In this document: positions 16,499 to 36,067 of the stretch, piece by piece
Numbering within the stretch: position 1 is the first letter of the stretch
How the letters are laid out: every line of letters begins with the position of its first letter
DNA from: the human T2T-CHM13v2.0 reference genome, Homo sapiens
DNA length: 64,000 nt
NCBI RefSeq assembly: GCF_009914755.1
Contig: NC_060939.1
Reading direction: 5' to 3' (one strand)
Position numbers and translations under genes: made by a program
The notes under the pieces: model-generated
Seen by the model: the letters and a program-made list of their open reading frames with translations, nothing else
Told to the model about the DNA's origin: nothing
Databases searched by the model: none

Positions 16499-17574
16499 GT
16501 CCTTACCAGAATAATTTGGTTGTATGTTATTGCACAGGATAAACAATCTATGTGTTCTTCCTCCACTTGCTCATTTTTATAATCTATGTTTAATCAAGTT
16601 AGCTATTTCATTTCTTCCTTCATTAAATACTCTCTTTCCCTTTACTTTTGTTTGGTTTTTAAGACAACTATTTTAAAATATTCTGTATTTAATGGCAAGT
16701 CTCAGTAATTAAAATTTCCTGCAATCTTTAAAAAAATCCCCATTATTTTCTTAGCTGTCATTCATTGACAATCATAGTCAGTGGATCTCAATATTTTCCT
16801 AAGACATCATGATTAACAGGAATACCTAATATTCTCCATTTGATTGATGGAACTAAGGTTGGAGAGTTCTCTTTTTAGAAGAAAATTGTCTAAGAGAATA
16901 TATGAAAGTCTACTATGAATCTTTTTTGGTAAATAACGTTTCAGAGGTTGTACTTTTATTCATTACCTGACATGACCCTTCAGCTAACATAGAATTTTTT
17001 TGTGTTGTGTAATTTTGCCCAATTATTTTCATTCCAGTAACTGTCAGAATGAAAATCTCCAGACTTATTATCACATTCTGCAGCCTAGTCCACAGTTGAT
17101 TGGGCATCTAGACTTCTCCCTGATGGATTCTAGCCAAGTCAAGCCCAGGAGACTCTTTCTACTTAAGAGTTTCCCCTGCCTGGCTCTGACCTTACTTCTG
17201 CCATAGAAAGACTGAAATAGAGAAAACAGAAATCAGCTGTTTAGAGAAATCTTGACATAAGTAGTCAAAGAAATAATACCAGTTTGCATATCTCATCTAA
17301 TTCTAATAAGAAAAAGAAATAATGTCAGATCAAGGAAATTCAATGACCTTATTTAATGTAGTAAAGACAACTCAAACCCAACTGGAGAAAAACAGTCACA
17401 TATGCAAATGATTCCAATTTAAAGCAGATTATAATGAATATCATTAGTGAAGCACAATGAAATATAAACACTCGGGACAGGTAAGGATTAGTTCCATGTA
17501 GTAGGAGAGAGGAAGGACAAGTCTTAGGAATAGGCAGCATTTTACTGGGTCTTGAAACAAATAATCTCTTGAAA

Positions 17575-18480
<906 letters not shown>

Positions 18481-18519
18481 TTTCACTGTTAACTTTTTAA
18501 TTTATTTTCAAGTCAGGTT

Positions 18520-19420
<901 letters not shown>

Positions 19421-20754
19421 ATTCTTTAATTTCTGCATCACATGAATATATTATCTATTTGAAATTTATATTTAAAAACATTTTGAAAGAAAAAGAAAGT
19501 AAAAAAGTGAAAGTATTTAACAATCTATGAGCATATTTTATTTGATACCTAGATATTCAAATGAAAACAAAAAAGAAAAAATAAACCGGGCCTTGAAGGG
19601 CTGACAGAATTACAACAGAAAAAATGAGATGCATTTTAAGTAAAAAGAACATAGTGAACAATGCAAAGAGGGAGGAAAGTACTGTTGGTGTTAGAGAAAC
19701 AAATCTGATATGACTGCAGCAGACCATGAGAGAAAAAAAAACAGAAAAATAGGTTGAAGTCAGATTAAGGAAGGACTTAAATGTCAAATTAAGGTCTTCT
19801 TTAATTTGGCTTATAACAGTAGGTAATTGGAATTCATAAAATATTTTTAAGCTGGAAAGTAACAATTGAGAAAATGCTCTGGATGGATGTTGACTCTGGT
19901 GGAAGTATAACAGATAGCCTGAAAGGAGAAGACAGAGAGATGAGTGAGGAAACTATTTTAACAATTAAAACAAGAAACAACAAAATTAGTACAAGGACAG
20001 AAGCAGTGTGAATGTAAAGGAGGGAATGTATGTTAGAGATGGGATGAACTCCTAGGAGAATAAATCAAGAAAGAAGAGAATGACTCTAGGAATGAGCCCT
20101 GGCCTATTGCTAACAAAAGGGAAAGGATCAGGGGAAAAAATTCAAGGAGAACTATGTAATACAACTACTCCCAATGGAATTAAGAAAATATCTCAAATTC
20201 AGCTAAATTCTGAAATACTAACAGAGAAAAAAGACTTTAAACATTTTTCTTATGTAAGTTACTACAATCCTAGGCACTGGAAGTTTCAGGTGAATGGTTA
20301 GGAAGGGAGCAACGAGAAAACATGTCACTCCAAGAGCTTAGACACAAAGGGCCAGTGTGAGATGCCAGCTGAAGGGCTGAAACTGGGGAATGCCTTAAAA
20401 GCAGGATACATACAAAAAATGAACAGGCAGATTCAAATCATTAGGTAAACAGAAGTTCAACTATGAAATTATGAATCAAAGTGTTGCATATATATATATA
20501 GTTTAGGACTTCTTTGCCCCTCACAACCCTACTTAATGTAACTAATACATCTTAAAGGTGATAAAGAGTAGAGGCTGTCAAAACCAACTTCGTAAACACC
20601 ACACTGGTATAACAGATACACTCCATCATTCCCTCTGTAATGCCTTCTGACTGATGGTCCTATACCACAAGATTGGTAAATAAATATACATTTATGTTTT
20701 GAGGAAGTTCTTTCGTGGTGATAGAATAGTTTTGTATCTGGATTATGGTGTTGA

Positions 20755-21393
20755 TGTCTTAGTCCATTTGTACTGCTACAAAACAAGCTTGCCCAACATG
20801 TGGCCCAGGATGGCTTTGAACACAACACAACACAAATTCACAAACTTTCCTAAACATTATTTTTTTTGTGTGATTTTTTTTTTTTTTAGCTCATCAGCTA
20901 TTGTTAGTATATTTTATGTGTGGCCCAAGACAATTCTTCTTCTTCCAATGTGGCCCAGGGAAGCCAAAAGATTGGGCATCCTTGCTATAAAGGAATACCT
21001 GAGGCTGAAAATTTATAAAGAAGAGGTCTGTTTGGTTCGCAGTTCTGCATGCAGGTTGTACAAGAAACATGGCACCAGCATCTGCTTCTGGTGAGGGCTT
21101 CAGGCTGCTTCCATTCATGGTAGAAGGCAAAGCAGAGGAGGCATGTGCAGAGGTCACATGGTGTGAAAGGAAGCAAGAAGGTGGGGGAAGGTGCCAGGCT
21201 CTTTTTAACAATCAGCTCTCATAAGAACTAACAGAGTGAGAACTCACGACCCCTCCGCTCCCAAGGGAGGGGAGTGATCTATTCATGCGTGATCCATCCC
21301 ACGACCCAAACCCTGCCCATTAGGCCTCACTTCCAGCACTGGAATCAAATTTCAACATCAGATTTGGATGGGACAAATATTCAAACTATAGCA
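20755..21393 (-). mobile_element. MSTB (MaLR) solo LTR with a nested MER30 (20784-20984), inside an L1M 3' fragment
   Basis: TG..CA ends. 5-bp TSD gttga/gttgg. MER30 8-bp TSD ctacaaaa/ctataaag. Confidence 0.87.
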
Positions 21394-21799
21394 GTTGGTT
21401 ATATGAATCTATACATGTGATAAAATTTCATATACCACCCCTCCCCCACCAAAACGTGCATGTTGAACCTGGTAAAATCTAAGTCTGTACTTGAGTTAAT
21501 AATATTATACCAACATCAATTTCCCAGTTTTGACAATGTACTATGATTATGTAAGGTATTATCACTGGAGGAAGCTGGATGAAGGTACACGGTAACTGTA
21601 CTATTTTTGTAACTTCTTATGAGTCTTAACTACTTGAAAACAAAAAGACTTAGAAAACAAAGAAAAATATAAAAAATGCTTAAAGTAATATGTCATGATT
21701 CTTCATCCTTAATGAATCTTTTCAATTAACAGACCAACTACTATTACATATTGATCAGCCAACAGGGTATTTACTGTGATAATAAAACAGTATCTGTTA

Positions 21800-22030
21800 T
21801 GATGAGAACTCGTAGACACAAAGGGAACGATGTACACTGGGGACTACTTCAGGATGGAGGGTGGGAGGAAAGAAAGGAGCAGAAAAAATAACTATTGGGT
21901 ACTAGGCTTAGTAACCAGGTGATGAAATACTCTATATAACAAACCCTCATGGCATGAGTTTACCTATATAACAAACTTGCACAGGTGCCCCAAACCCAAA
22001 ATAGAAATGAAAAATAATAATAAAAAATGA
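21800..22030 (+). mobile_element. L1PA (about PA13-16) 3' end
   Basis: Typical 3' UTR (ggagggtgggagg...ataactattgggtac...aacaaac) and an A-rich tail. Confidence 0.85.
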
Positions 22031-22099
22031 CAACAATATACATCAAATCAGGGGAAAAATCAAATAATAATAATAATAAAATAATAAAAAAGCAGAGGA

Positions 22100-22260
22100 G
22101 GCCAGGTACGGTGGCTCACACCTGTAATTTTAGAACTTTGAGAAGCTGAGGCAGGAAGATCACCTGAGCCCAGTAGTTTGAGGCTACAATGGGTTTGATT
22201 TTACCACTGCACTCCCGCCTGTGCAACAGAACAAGACCCTGTCTCTTTAAATAATAATAA
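22100..22260 (+). mobile_element. Alu monomer (FAM/FRAM-like)
   Basis: Single Alu arm. TSD aaaaagcagagg. Confidence 0.8.
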
Positions 22261-22496
22261 TAAATGTAAAAAGCAGAGGGAAAGGAATATGAGAGGGAAG
22301 AGGGAGAGAGGCACTGGATAAAAAAATTAGAAGTAGATTGGGTTAAATTTATAAGCTAAACATGAAGGCCTGTCATGGCAGCTATCTGCATCTGCTCCCT
22401 AACTCCAAAACAAGTACCCTCAAGATCTGCAGAAGAGAGAAGAAAGAAAACAAAGAAATTAGTTAACACAAAATATAGAATGGAGAGTATGTCAAG

Positions 22497-23005
<509 letters not shown>

Positions 23006-23569
23006 CTTGAGGAAGAAAAAGGGATATGATCAGGAAAGGACCCACAGCATGCTTCTAAGACGGTAACATGCCATTTCTTAACCTAGATGGAGGCCAGTGA
23101 TGTTTTGTTATTCTTCCTTAATTTTTTAATGTTTTTTACACTCTTTTGGAATATATATATATATAGCAAGACAAAATAAACAAAATCAAAATACAGATTT
23201 CTGCAGATAACATGACGGTATACTTAGACAGTCCAAACAACCAATTCAAGTTTCCTAGCAATAAATAAATAATTGTACATATGAAACAAATCTACAATGG
23301 GAACTTTTGATTTTACATTAGTAGAATATGAGAAAATTATTTCAACCACAATCCAAAAAAGTATGACATTAACTTTTATTTTTATATTTATTTTTTATTT
23401 TAGATTTATTATTAATTTCATCAAACCAAAACTTTAAAGAAGGAGACAGATCCCAAAACAGACAGGAGCTGAGACCAAATAAGACTTGGTCTCATTTGAA
23501 TCCCATAAGGAGACCAAATAAGTCCATTTACGATATTGACAGAGTGACATCAATGCCTTACGGTTTTAT

Positions 23570-23954
23570 TGCTAAATTAAGTTTGGCCTAAAACTGCCTC
23601 TGTACATGTTTTATGGCTGGCCTACAGGTACTGATGGTAACCTAACTTGATGTGTAAATAGACTGTAAACTACTCTTGTAACAAATAGCCAAGTCTCAGC
23701 CAACCACATCAGCCAACTGTTCAAAACAGATTCAAATAAAGCAAATGCCCAGCTATAACCAATCCAGCTGTTTCTGTACCTCAAATTTTCTGTACTCATT
23801 TTACTTTTTATGTTCAGACATGTTATCTGACCATGTGACAGCCCCGGAGTCATTCTGAACCTATTCTTATTCTCGGGGCTACCTGATTCATGAATCATTC
23901 TTTGCTCAACTAAACTCTGTTCAATTTAGTTTGCCTAATGTTTTCTTTTTAACA
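23570..23954 (+). mobile_element. MER57-type ERV1 solo LTR
   Basis: tg.taaattaagtttggcctaaa start, CCAAT in taaccaatcc, ends ttttaaCA. No clean TSD seen. Confidence 0.75.
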
Positions 23955-24079
23955 AACCTAAAAGCCCTATCAAAAATAGAGGTTGTGGTAAAGGGAACTG
24001 GGAGGAAATTCACTGAACATACAGCTTAGAGAATAGCTGGGCAGGAGAGAACTAGGGGGAAAAGATAGCTGAAGGACCT

Positions 24080-24760
24080 GACGTCAGAACAATGATCAAA
24101 CACTGACTTCAGAAATGATTCCATTTTAGAAGCCACAATTTGATTAAATTAGTCAAGGTATTTATGCCCCCAAGATATTGTCATAAACAATAAAGTAACT
24201 GGCTTGCAATTAGTGAAGTTCAACAGCTGGATGTGGCCAAGGAAAGAGCAGAAGTGAGCCTTACTGGTACCACTACCATCACAGTGTAATTGTGGTCATA
24301 CCCAAAGACGCACCACCCTGAAGAGCAACAGCAGAGTCTTAATACTGTGTGTATGGTTGGCAGGGAGGGAGGAAGAACGGAATAGATTTCACTAAAATGA
24401 TCCTGTCGGACACTAAACAAAAAATAACAACAAGCCCTAGAAGGGGGAGACCAGTACCCAGAGTTGCTGTAATATATTACCTAAAATGCCCAGTTTCCAA
24501 CAAAAAATCATGAGGCATGCAAAGAAACAGGAAAGTATGACTTACACATAGGGGGAAAAAGGCAGGCAACAGAAACTGCCTGTGAGAGTGACCAGATATT
24601 GGATTTAACAGAAAAAGATTTCAAAGTAGCCATTATAGATATGTTTTCAGAAATAAAGGACAGCTTGATTAAACAAGTAAAAGAAAATGTGATGACAGTG
24701 TGGCACCAAATAGAGAATATCAGTGAAGTGGATATTTGGGAGTGGATTAAAAAGTACAAT
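24080..24760 (+). mobile_element. Old L1M 5'/ORF1 remnant
   Basis: ORF 24599..24811 DLTEKDFKVAIIDMFSEIKD resembles the ORF1 N-terminus of L1M elements. Confidence 0.7.
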
Positions 24761-25032
24761 AACCGAAATAGAATTATAGCATGTAGAAAGGGTCTCATAC
24801 TGCAAAAATGACCCCTAATCTCAAAGGGTCAATGTGTGTTCTTACTATAAGACCACTCTAAATCTCCCTCTAATATACATTTTTTGAAGCCACAAATTTC
24901 AACAATAAAATTTATTGTCATTCTATAATTTAATCATTAAATGTATATGCCACTTCTTAGATAACATCCATTAGGATAAATAATTAGCATTGTTTAAAAA
25001 GTGTGATACTATAAATACCAGGGTAATTATCA

Positions 25033-25167
<135 letters not shown>

Positions 25168-25568
25168 CTAGAAAAATAAAGAAGGAAAATATATACATTC
25201 TTATAATACTTAGTCCTTACATTTTATCATTCTTACATTTTAAGTCTTCTTCTATTTAAGCTCTATATAACACACATGTTCCAAATATACTATTCTAGTA
25301 AATGATGTTTAGTGGTATTAAAATATGATTTAGTTTTGGGTTCTATTAGTGCCTAATATCAGGTAAACTTTGAGCAAAAAAGGATGTAAATGACTAAGGT
25401 TACACACAAGACAACATTAACTAGACTTGGAACTCTAAGTTCTTGAAATTCTAGTCTAAGTTAATGCTTAAATGACAGCCCAATCCCTACTTTTTAAAAT
25501 AGGAGAAATCAGAGATGGACCAAAAAAAAAAAAAACCCCGTAGAAATTTAAAAGAATTTCCTATAAGC

Positions 25569-25872
25569 AGCCAGGTGCGGTGACTCACGCCTATACTCCC
25601 AGCATTTTGGGAGGCCGAGGTGGGTGGATCACGAGGTCAGGAGTTTGAGACCATCCTGACCAACATGGTGAAACCCCGTTTCTACTAAAAAAAAAAAAAA
25701 TACAAAAATTAACCGGGTGCGGTGGCGCGCGCCTGTTATTCCAGCTACTCAGGAAGCTGAGGCAGGAGAATTGCTTGAATCCAGGAGGCGGAGATTACAG
25801 TGAGTTGAGATTGCGCCACGGCACTCCAGCCTGGGTGACAGAGTGAGACTCTGTCACAAAAAAAAAAAAAAA
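25569..25872 (+). mobile_element. AluSg-like
   Basis: Full dimer. TSD tttcctataagca. Confidence 0.95.
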
Positions 25873-26669
25873 AGATTTTCCTATAAGCATCATAAAGCTG
25901 AATTTCACTAAGTCCAAAATTAAAATACAATCTATAGAAACATTTCAAAACAGACTTAAGGAAAATACACTTTGTATTCTTCCCCTAATGAAAATCAGTG
26001 TGATATTAAATGACCACAAATGCAAAGATGAGTATGTAAGTAAGAGGACTTGTGACGGTAAAAGCCAAATTGTTACCAGAATTGTTAGTTTTTTTTGTTT
26101 TGTTTTAATATTGTTCTACTTAGGGGCTTTCTGATAAAAATAGAAACTCTTCCAAGTACCATAGTTCTCAAATAATGATGCATAGAAATAGACTGACTCT
26201 ACTACGTTAAATTTAGTTAGCATTTTCATGTAAGCTAATTTTAGAAGTCATGTAACAACTGACGGTTATACTTTTCAACTGTACCAACATATGATACATT
26301 TATAGTAAATATGGTATATCAGAAATCGGTCATTTCACCTAATGAACAATCAAACACCAAAAAGGACAAAAAAGCCTATTTCACACTTATGGAAATGACA
26401 ATTTCTAAGACAAACAGATTAGCAAATAAAAACCCCACTATATTTCCACAGTAGCAGTCAGGAGAAAAATAAGGTCTTTCACAACTGATGATTTCTTATA
26501 ATTTTTGACTTAACAAATAGTTCAAGAACACAGTATGAACAACTAAAAGCAACATATATAGTTTCTTAACCAATATATCTATAAAAGAAACCAGGGAATA
26601 ATGCCAATTTAGGCATAAGGTTAAGTAACTGGCAATGTTAGCACACATAATAATAGTCAAACATAAAGC

Positions 26670-26832
26670 TTTTTAAGAGACAGGGTCTCACTATGCTGCC
26701 CAGGCTGGAGTGCAGTGGCTATCCACAGGAGCGATCATAGCTCACTGTACTCTCCCTCTCCTGTACTCAAGGAATCCTCCTGCTTCAGCCTCCTGAGTAG
26801 CTGGGACTATGGGCATGTGCCACTGCCCCAGT
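26670..26832 (-). mobile_element. Alu monomer (FAM/FRAM-like)
   Basis: Single reverse-complement arm. Confidence 0.8.
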
Positions 26833-27042
26833 CTCAGTTTTTATTTTCACTGTATGAGAAAAACTCCTGAAAATAAGTTGTAGTTGTAATTATCACTTAA
26901 AAAAATTAACAGGTAAGTTATATTTTTGCTTCCAGGTCTCTATTGGAATGAAAATATTACCTTGTATTTTACCACAGCAAATACACAAAGCTACATTTGT
27001 AATTTATTGTGTCCCATCATAACATTAAAAGTATCAAACTCA

Positions 27043-27213
<171 letters not shown>

Positions 27214-27319
27214 CTATGGAAATCAAATAAACACTTTCAAATACAGTACTAAAACTATAGTATAAGAGAAGACTGGGAAACTACTCACTTACCATTAAAA
27301 GATGTTTTCAGCAAAATAG

Positions 27320-28495
<1,176 letters not shown>

Positions 28496-29684
28496 CCATA
28501 TAAAGTTTTTAGAATACTGTGTGGTACACAACAGGTACTCAACATATGCTAACTATTGTTATTATGACCAAACATTATATGACAAACATTCAATTTACTT
28601 GTAGAAGTATATAAAAGCAATGAATACATCCAGCGTCTGCCATTCATGATTGCACTGAAGCTTCACAGTACCCTAAATAGAAGCTGTTCCTGTGTCTGTT
28701 TTACAGATAAGGAAACTGAGGTTCAAAGAGGTTAAATAATGTTAATCTGTTAATGTAAAGCTGTTTTCCAAATCTAACTCTGACCCCAAAGTGCTCTTCT
28801 TTTACAGTCCTCTTTCACAGAGCTTTTCTACAGACTTTTTCATGATGCTGCTCCACCAAGGTTCCTTGCTGCTTAGGTAACAAACCAGTAATCTGAAAAG
28901 GAGAGCAGGACCATGGCCCTGCAGCACTACCTCCCAAAGACTGGCTCTCCTATCGCAAGGGGATTTAAATATCCCAATCTATTCCCACAATTTTATAATA
29001 TATCTTTAGGGGTACTATGTGACTAATATCATCACTTCATCTAAAGACAATTGATTCACTTTTGAAAAGTAATAAACTCTTAGATTAATATTATTCAAAA
29101 TAAAATACGAAGTACTCCTCAAGTAACAGTTTAAAAGTTACAGTAAAGTCAGGATCCTTTCATACTTCGTACCTTCTTTTTTAAATGCAGCTTTCTCATA
29201 ATATAAATTAATTGGGATTTACCATAGTTATTATTTTTAATGGAAATTTGTTGTTCCCTGCACCTGTAGCGAACGTTAAATAAGTGACAGTCTACAGCAG
29301 TGAACTGTATAACCACATGAGAGTACCTAATAACTTTTATTAGCATTCCAATAGTTTTTTCTTCAAAAATCAAAATTGTGATGCCGAAAATATACCTAAA
29401 ATTGAAATTTTATTTGTAAACAGCTTTCACCACAAAAACTTTCAAAAGGAAATCAATTAAATTTTATTTATGACATTAGTAATACTTTAAAAGATTTAAA
29501 TATTTTAAAATATAAGCCTAACATATCAACTCACAAAATCTGAGAAGGTAAACACAAAACTGATAAGAGTATGGGGTAAAGTGTTATTAACATGGTAAAA
29601 ACATGCAGGTACGCACTAAATTATACTTTAAATACTGCTAATGAATTATTATTTGTTACAAAGAAAAACCGAAAACACCCTATA

Positions 29685-30045
29685 CAATAGTCCATGGTTA
29701 TACATGGTTTTACTTTATCCATGGTTTTACTTTGCTGGTTTCAGTTACCCACAGTCAACCGTGGTCCGAATATATTAAATGGAATATGCCAGAAATAAGC
29801 AGTTAATAAGTTTTACTTTACAGGCCATTCTGAGTAGTGTGATGAAATCTCATACCATCCTGCTCCGTCAGGCCCAGGACGTGAATCACCCCTTTAGTCC
29901 AGCGTATCCACATGTTGTTACCTGCCCATTAATCACTTAGTGGCCCAATCAGTTACCCAGATGTCCAGGGTTCAGTATGATCTGTGGTTTTAGGCATCCA
30001 CTTGGGGCCTTAGAAAGTATCTCCTCAGATAAGGGGGTACTATTG
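29685..30045. mobile_element. MER44A (Tigger7-derived) MITE
   Basis: TA-flanked. Ends caatagt.../...tactattg. Internal ggccattctgagtagtgtgatgaaatct. Confidence 0.8.
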
Positions 30046-30132
30046 TAAGTACATTAATAAGTGAATAGTTACATAAATAATAGTACAGTCATCTTACTGA
30101 CTGATATGCAGTCATTCAAAAAATGAAGAATC

Positions 30133-30404
30133 AAGAACTTATGAACACAAAGAAGAAAACATCAGACACTGGGGTCTACTGGACGGGGAGGATTGAAGGA
30201 GGGAGAGGAGCAGAAAAGATAACTAGTGGGTACTGAGCTTAATACCTGGGTGATGTAATATTACATACAAAAAAAAACCCATGACACATGTTTATCTATG
30301 TAACAAACCTTCACATGTACCCCCAAACCTAAAATAAAAATCTTTTAAATAAAATAAAATGTCACAAGCCACCAAATTTTGTAAAAAAAAAAAAAAAAAA
30401 AAAA
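30133..30404 (+). mobile_element. L1PA 3' end with an extra tail segment and a second poly(A)
   Basis: L1PA 3' UTR to about 30340, then a unique 21 nt, then A23. Confidence 0.85.
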
Positions 30405-30703
30405 GGAAGAGGACTATATATAGTAATGTGGAATGAATAAAAGAAGCAAGTTCATTTCTCTATAAATTTACAAGATCTCAATAAAAATGCAAGTGAATTG
30501 CTAAATTGAAGACATGAAACATACCCAAAAGGAGAAAAAATAATATAATGAACCTTCATGTATCTACTGGTCACCCAGAATTAATAATTATCAATTCATG
30601 GCCAGTCTTGTTTCATTATTATTCACCTCCCCATCCATATCCTCTCCCCTCCCACCCACATGTACTGAATTATTTTCATGTAAATTCTAACCATATAATT
30701 TCA

Positions 30704-31330
<627 letters not shown>

Positions 31331-31339
31331 AGGGGGGGG

Positions 31340-33095
31340 GTGTATAAAAGGAAAGAGATAAAAATGTAAGTAGAAGTTATTAGCAATTATATCATTGTAA
31401 ATTTGAATTAGAAACATCGATATGAACCATGGCATAATTTCTCATTTTTTAAAATGTATTTCTTAAATCCATCCACTTGAAAAGAATTAAAAATAATGAC
31501 CAACTCACTTTCAACAGACACCCACATCATCTAGAATTTGGTCTCTAAACATCATTTCCCATTAAAAGGAGCCAAGGCTTAACGGAGAAATGGCTGATTC
31601 CAGATCTGGAGTATGAAATATACAGAATGAGTCTGGTACTCAGTGTGGCACCAAAAAATAAGGATGCTATCAAAGACTGCTGCAGCCTAGTCCTAACAAA
31701 ATGAATCCAGATCCAACATGAAAGAAGCCCCTGTAGCAAAAGATGAGACAATTTGAATATTAAAAAAACCGTAGGCCAGGTACCTGTAATCCTAGCACTT
31801 TGGGGGTTTGAGATTAGCCTGGCCAACATGGGGAAACCCCATCTCTACTAAAAATAAAAAAATTCGCTGGGTATGGTGGCATGAGCCTGTAATCCTAGCT
31901 ACTTGGGAGGTTGAGGCAGGAGAATCGCTAGAACCCAGGAGGTAGAGGTTGCAGGGAGCCAAGATCGTGCCACTGCACTCCAGACTGGGCAACAGAGTGA
32001 GATTCCGTCTCAAAAAAATAAAACTGCAATAATTGAAAGACATCAAACATGTTAAATCCATGAATTTATGGATTTATTATATAGTTATATATTTATTATG
32101 TGTTTATATTAGGGAACCAATTCATTATTCTAAAAACTGATAAATAAAATAATCAAGTAGTAGTCCTGCCTTTCCTATATAAAATATACTTGAGGATAAC
32201 CTAATAGTGAATGTAGTGGTTTTGAAGAAGAATTCTAGTAAACAAAAGAAGAATAAAATGATAGAACACTGTATTTGCAACCCCCATTAAAATAATGGAT
32301 GATGATTACAAATGGGTTGATAAAACCATTAGGAGAAAAACCACTGGTAACTTTAAAATGGATGGATCAGACTGACAATGCTGAACTCACTGACCAATCT
32401 TAACCTCACTGAAAGACAGACAACCAGATACTGCCTCCTGATGTGATTCAAGAGGAAGCATACAACCCACCTCTGAAGTATCCTTGCAAAGTAAAACTGG
32501 AATCTTATATAATCATCAATTTATAGAAAATACAGGGGACAGAAATACATATTAAAGACAACCACAGGGAAACAACCAGCAAAATCCAGAATATGGTAAT
32601 GTGTGCATGTCAAATTCCTCCATTTTTATCAACAACAATAAACACAATGAAAAGAAAATTGCAAGAAAATAAAAGACAGAGGGTGAACCAATTGATTAAA
32701 AGAGGCTTAAGAGATAAGCAATGTGTGAACCCTATTTGGAACTCAATTCAAATAAACCAAATGTAAAAAAAAAAATATTTATTAAAGAGATGGACGATCA
32801 TTGAAACTGAAGATTGGTTTGATATTTGTGTTATTATTAAGGAATTATTATTAGGTATTGTGGTTACTTTAAGAAAAAAAAGAGTTCTTGTCTTCTAGAA
32901 ATGTATATATAGATAAAATATGCCTTGGATTAGCTATTAATTTCGGGAGGGACAGGAGAAAGAGAAAATACTTGAAACAAGATTAGCCATATACTGATAG
33001 TTGTTGAAGTTGGGTAATGAGTAGATGGGTGTAAATTATACTATTCTCTCTACTTTGTGTATGTTTAATTTTTCCCATAATAAAAAGCTTTTAAA
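31340..33095 (+). mobile_element. Old L1MC/ME 3' region with an Alu at 31774-32020
   Basis: Degenerate L1M 3' UTR motifs. A homologous stretch lies at 52400-53750. Confidence 0.6.
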
Positions 33096-34212
33096 AGGTA
33101 GTAGGTGTTAGGCAATCTAGACCTACAGTTGTACTGGTTACAGCACTTGAAAAAATGTTTTGCACCTCTGTAGTTGATGTACTTATCACAATATATCACA
33201 CTTTGGTTATACTAAAGATGCTCATATAAAGCTTCAGTGGTGACAAAATACTAGGTGAGACCTGGCTAAGGTCTTGTAAGGGGAATTCAGAAAAAAAAAA
33301 TGTGTACAACTGCTTGAGCTCTGTAAGATTTTAAAAAACATTTTAATGGCAAATAGAATTTCTACAACAGAGATAAGGTTGTTCCTTAAAAATTTTTAAG
33401 GCAGATATTATGTAATTGAATCAGCAGGAGGAAAAGAACAAGTTTATCTTAAGAATAATGAATTTATGGTTTTTAGAATAAATTAGGACTCTCTGTGGGA
33501 AGCTGAATACATGGAGGAGACCCAGTAGTTATCTTCCATATGTCAAATAAGAGAAAATATGCTCTAGCGGTTATACCAGCTTTAGCCTAATCCCAAATCA
33601 AGTCAGCCACAAACTGTACAGATGGGAGTTTAAATGGGTTAACTTTCTTGTGACAGGAAAAAAATATAGCATGCAATTCAAATGGAAAAGTTCTTAGACA
33701 AATCCATAGGAACTTGCCAAAGGCCACAAAGGTCATCATTGCCTAATATACACCAGTCTCTTAGGTTTCCCAGTACCAGGAGCCTTCCCATTTACAGAAA
33801 GTCAGATTTAGGTAAGTACAAGAATGAAAATGAATATATGCTAAGACTCAGAAAGACTCTGCAGACTAAAGAAAAAAAGCTGCTTTATATAATTCTCCAG
33901 TCAATAGTAACCTGAGACAAAACAGTTTTCTCTTATTACTGCCTAAAGAATACTGGGTTCAGGCTTCCACCAAGCTTTAATACCCATCAAGTAGGCTAGT
34001 ACCAGACAAATCACAAACCTCCTTGAGACTCAGCTTCTCCATGTACAAAAGAGGGATAAAACTTGTTCTCTCCTCCCCATGGGGGTATAATGAGGATCAA
34101 ATAAGATGATAAATCCAGATGAAAACTATAAAATGTCACACAAAAAGTTATATTATTACTAGCCAAAATGAGAGAAAGCAGGATCCAAATTAATGATCTA
34201 AAAAGGTTCAGA

Positions 34213-34819
<607 letters not shown>

Positions 34820-35029
34820 TCAGGGATAGCTGCTTAAGGAAATAAAACTAGGCTGGCTCAAGAGTTAGTGAATCACATGACTCAGAAAGACCTTAAGATT
34901 ATAGTCTACAGACGTTAGTATCTTTAAATCTAAATGAAATCTGAAGGATGGCTGAGGGAAACAAGAAAAGCCTCCTGATGAGAAAAGGAAGCATTTAGGC
35001 CAGGATCTATGTCTCTAGAATCACTGTTA

Positions 35030-35960
<931 letters not shown>

Positions 35961-36067
35961 TATACAGGGAACAGAGTTATGTTACTGATGAAAAGAAAAA
36001 GAAAAAGGAATGGCATTTCTCCTCTATCTCAACTACTGCTTAAGTTTCAAGTAGACAAGACTTGCTA

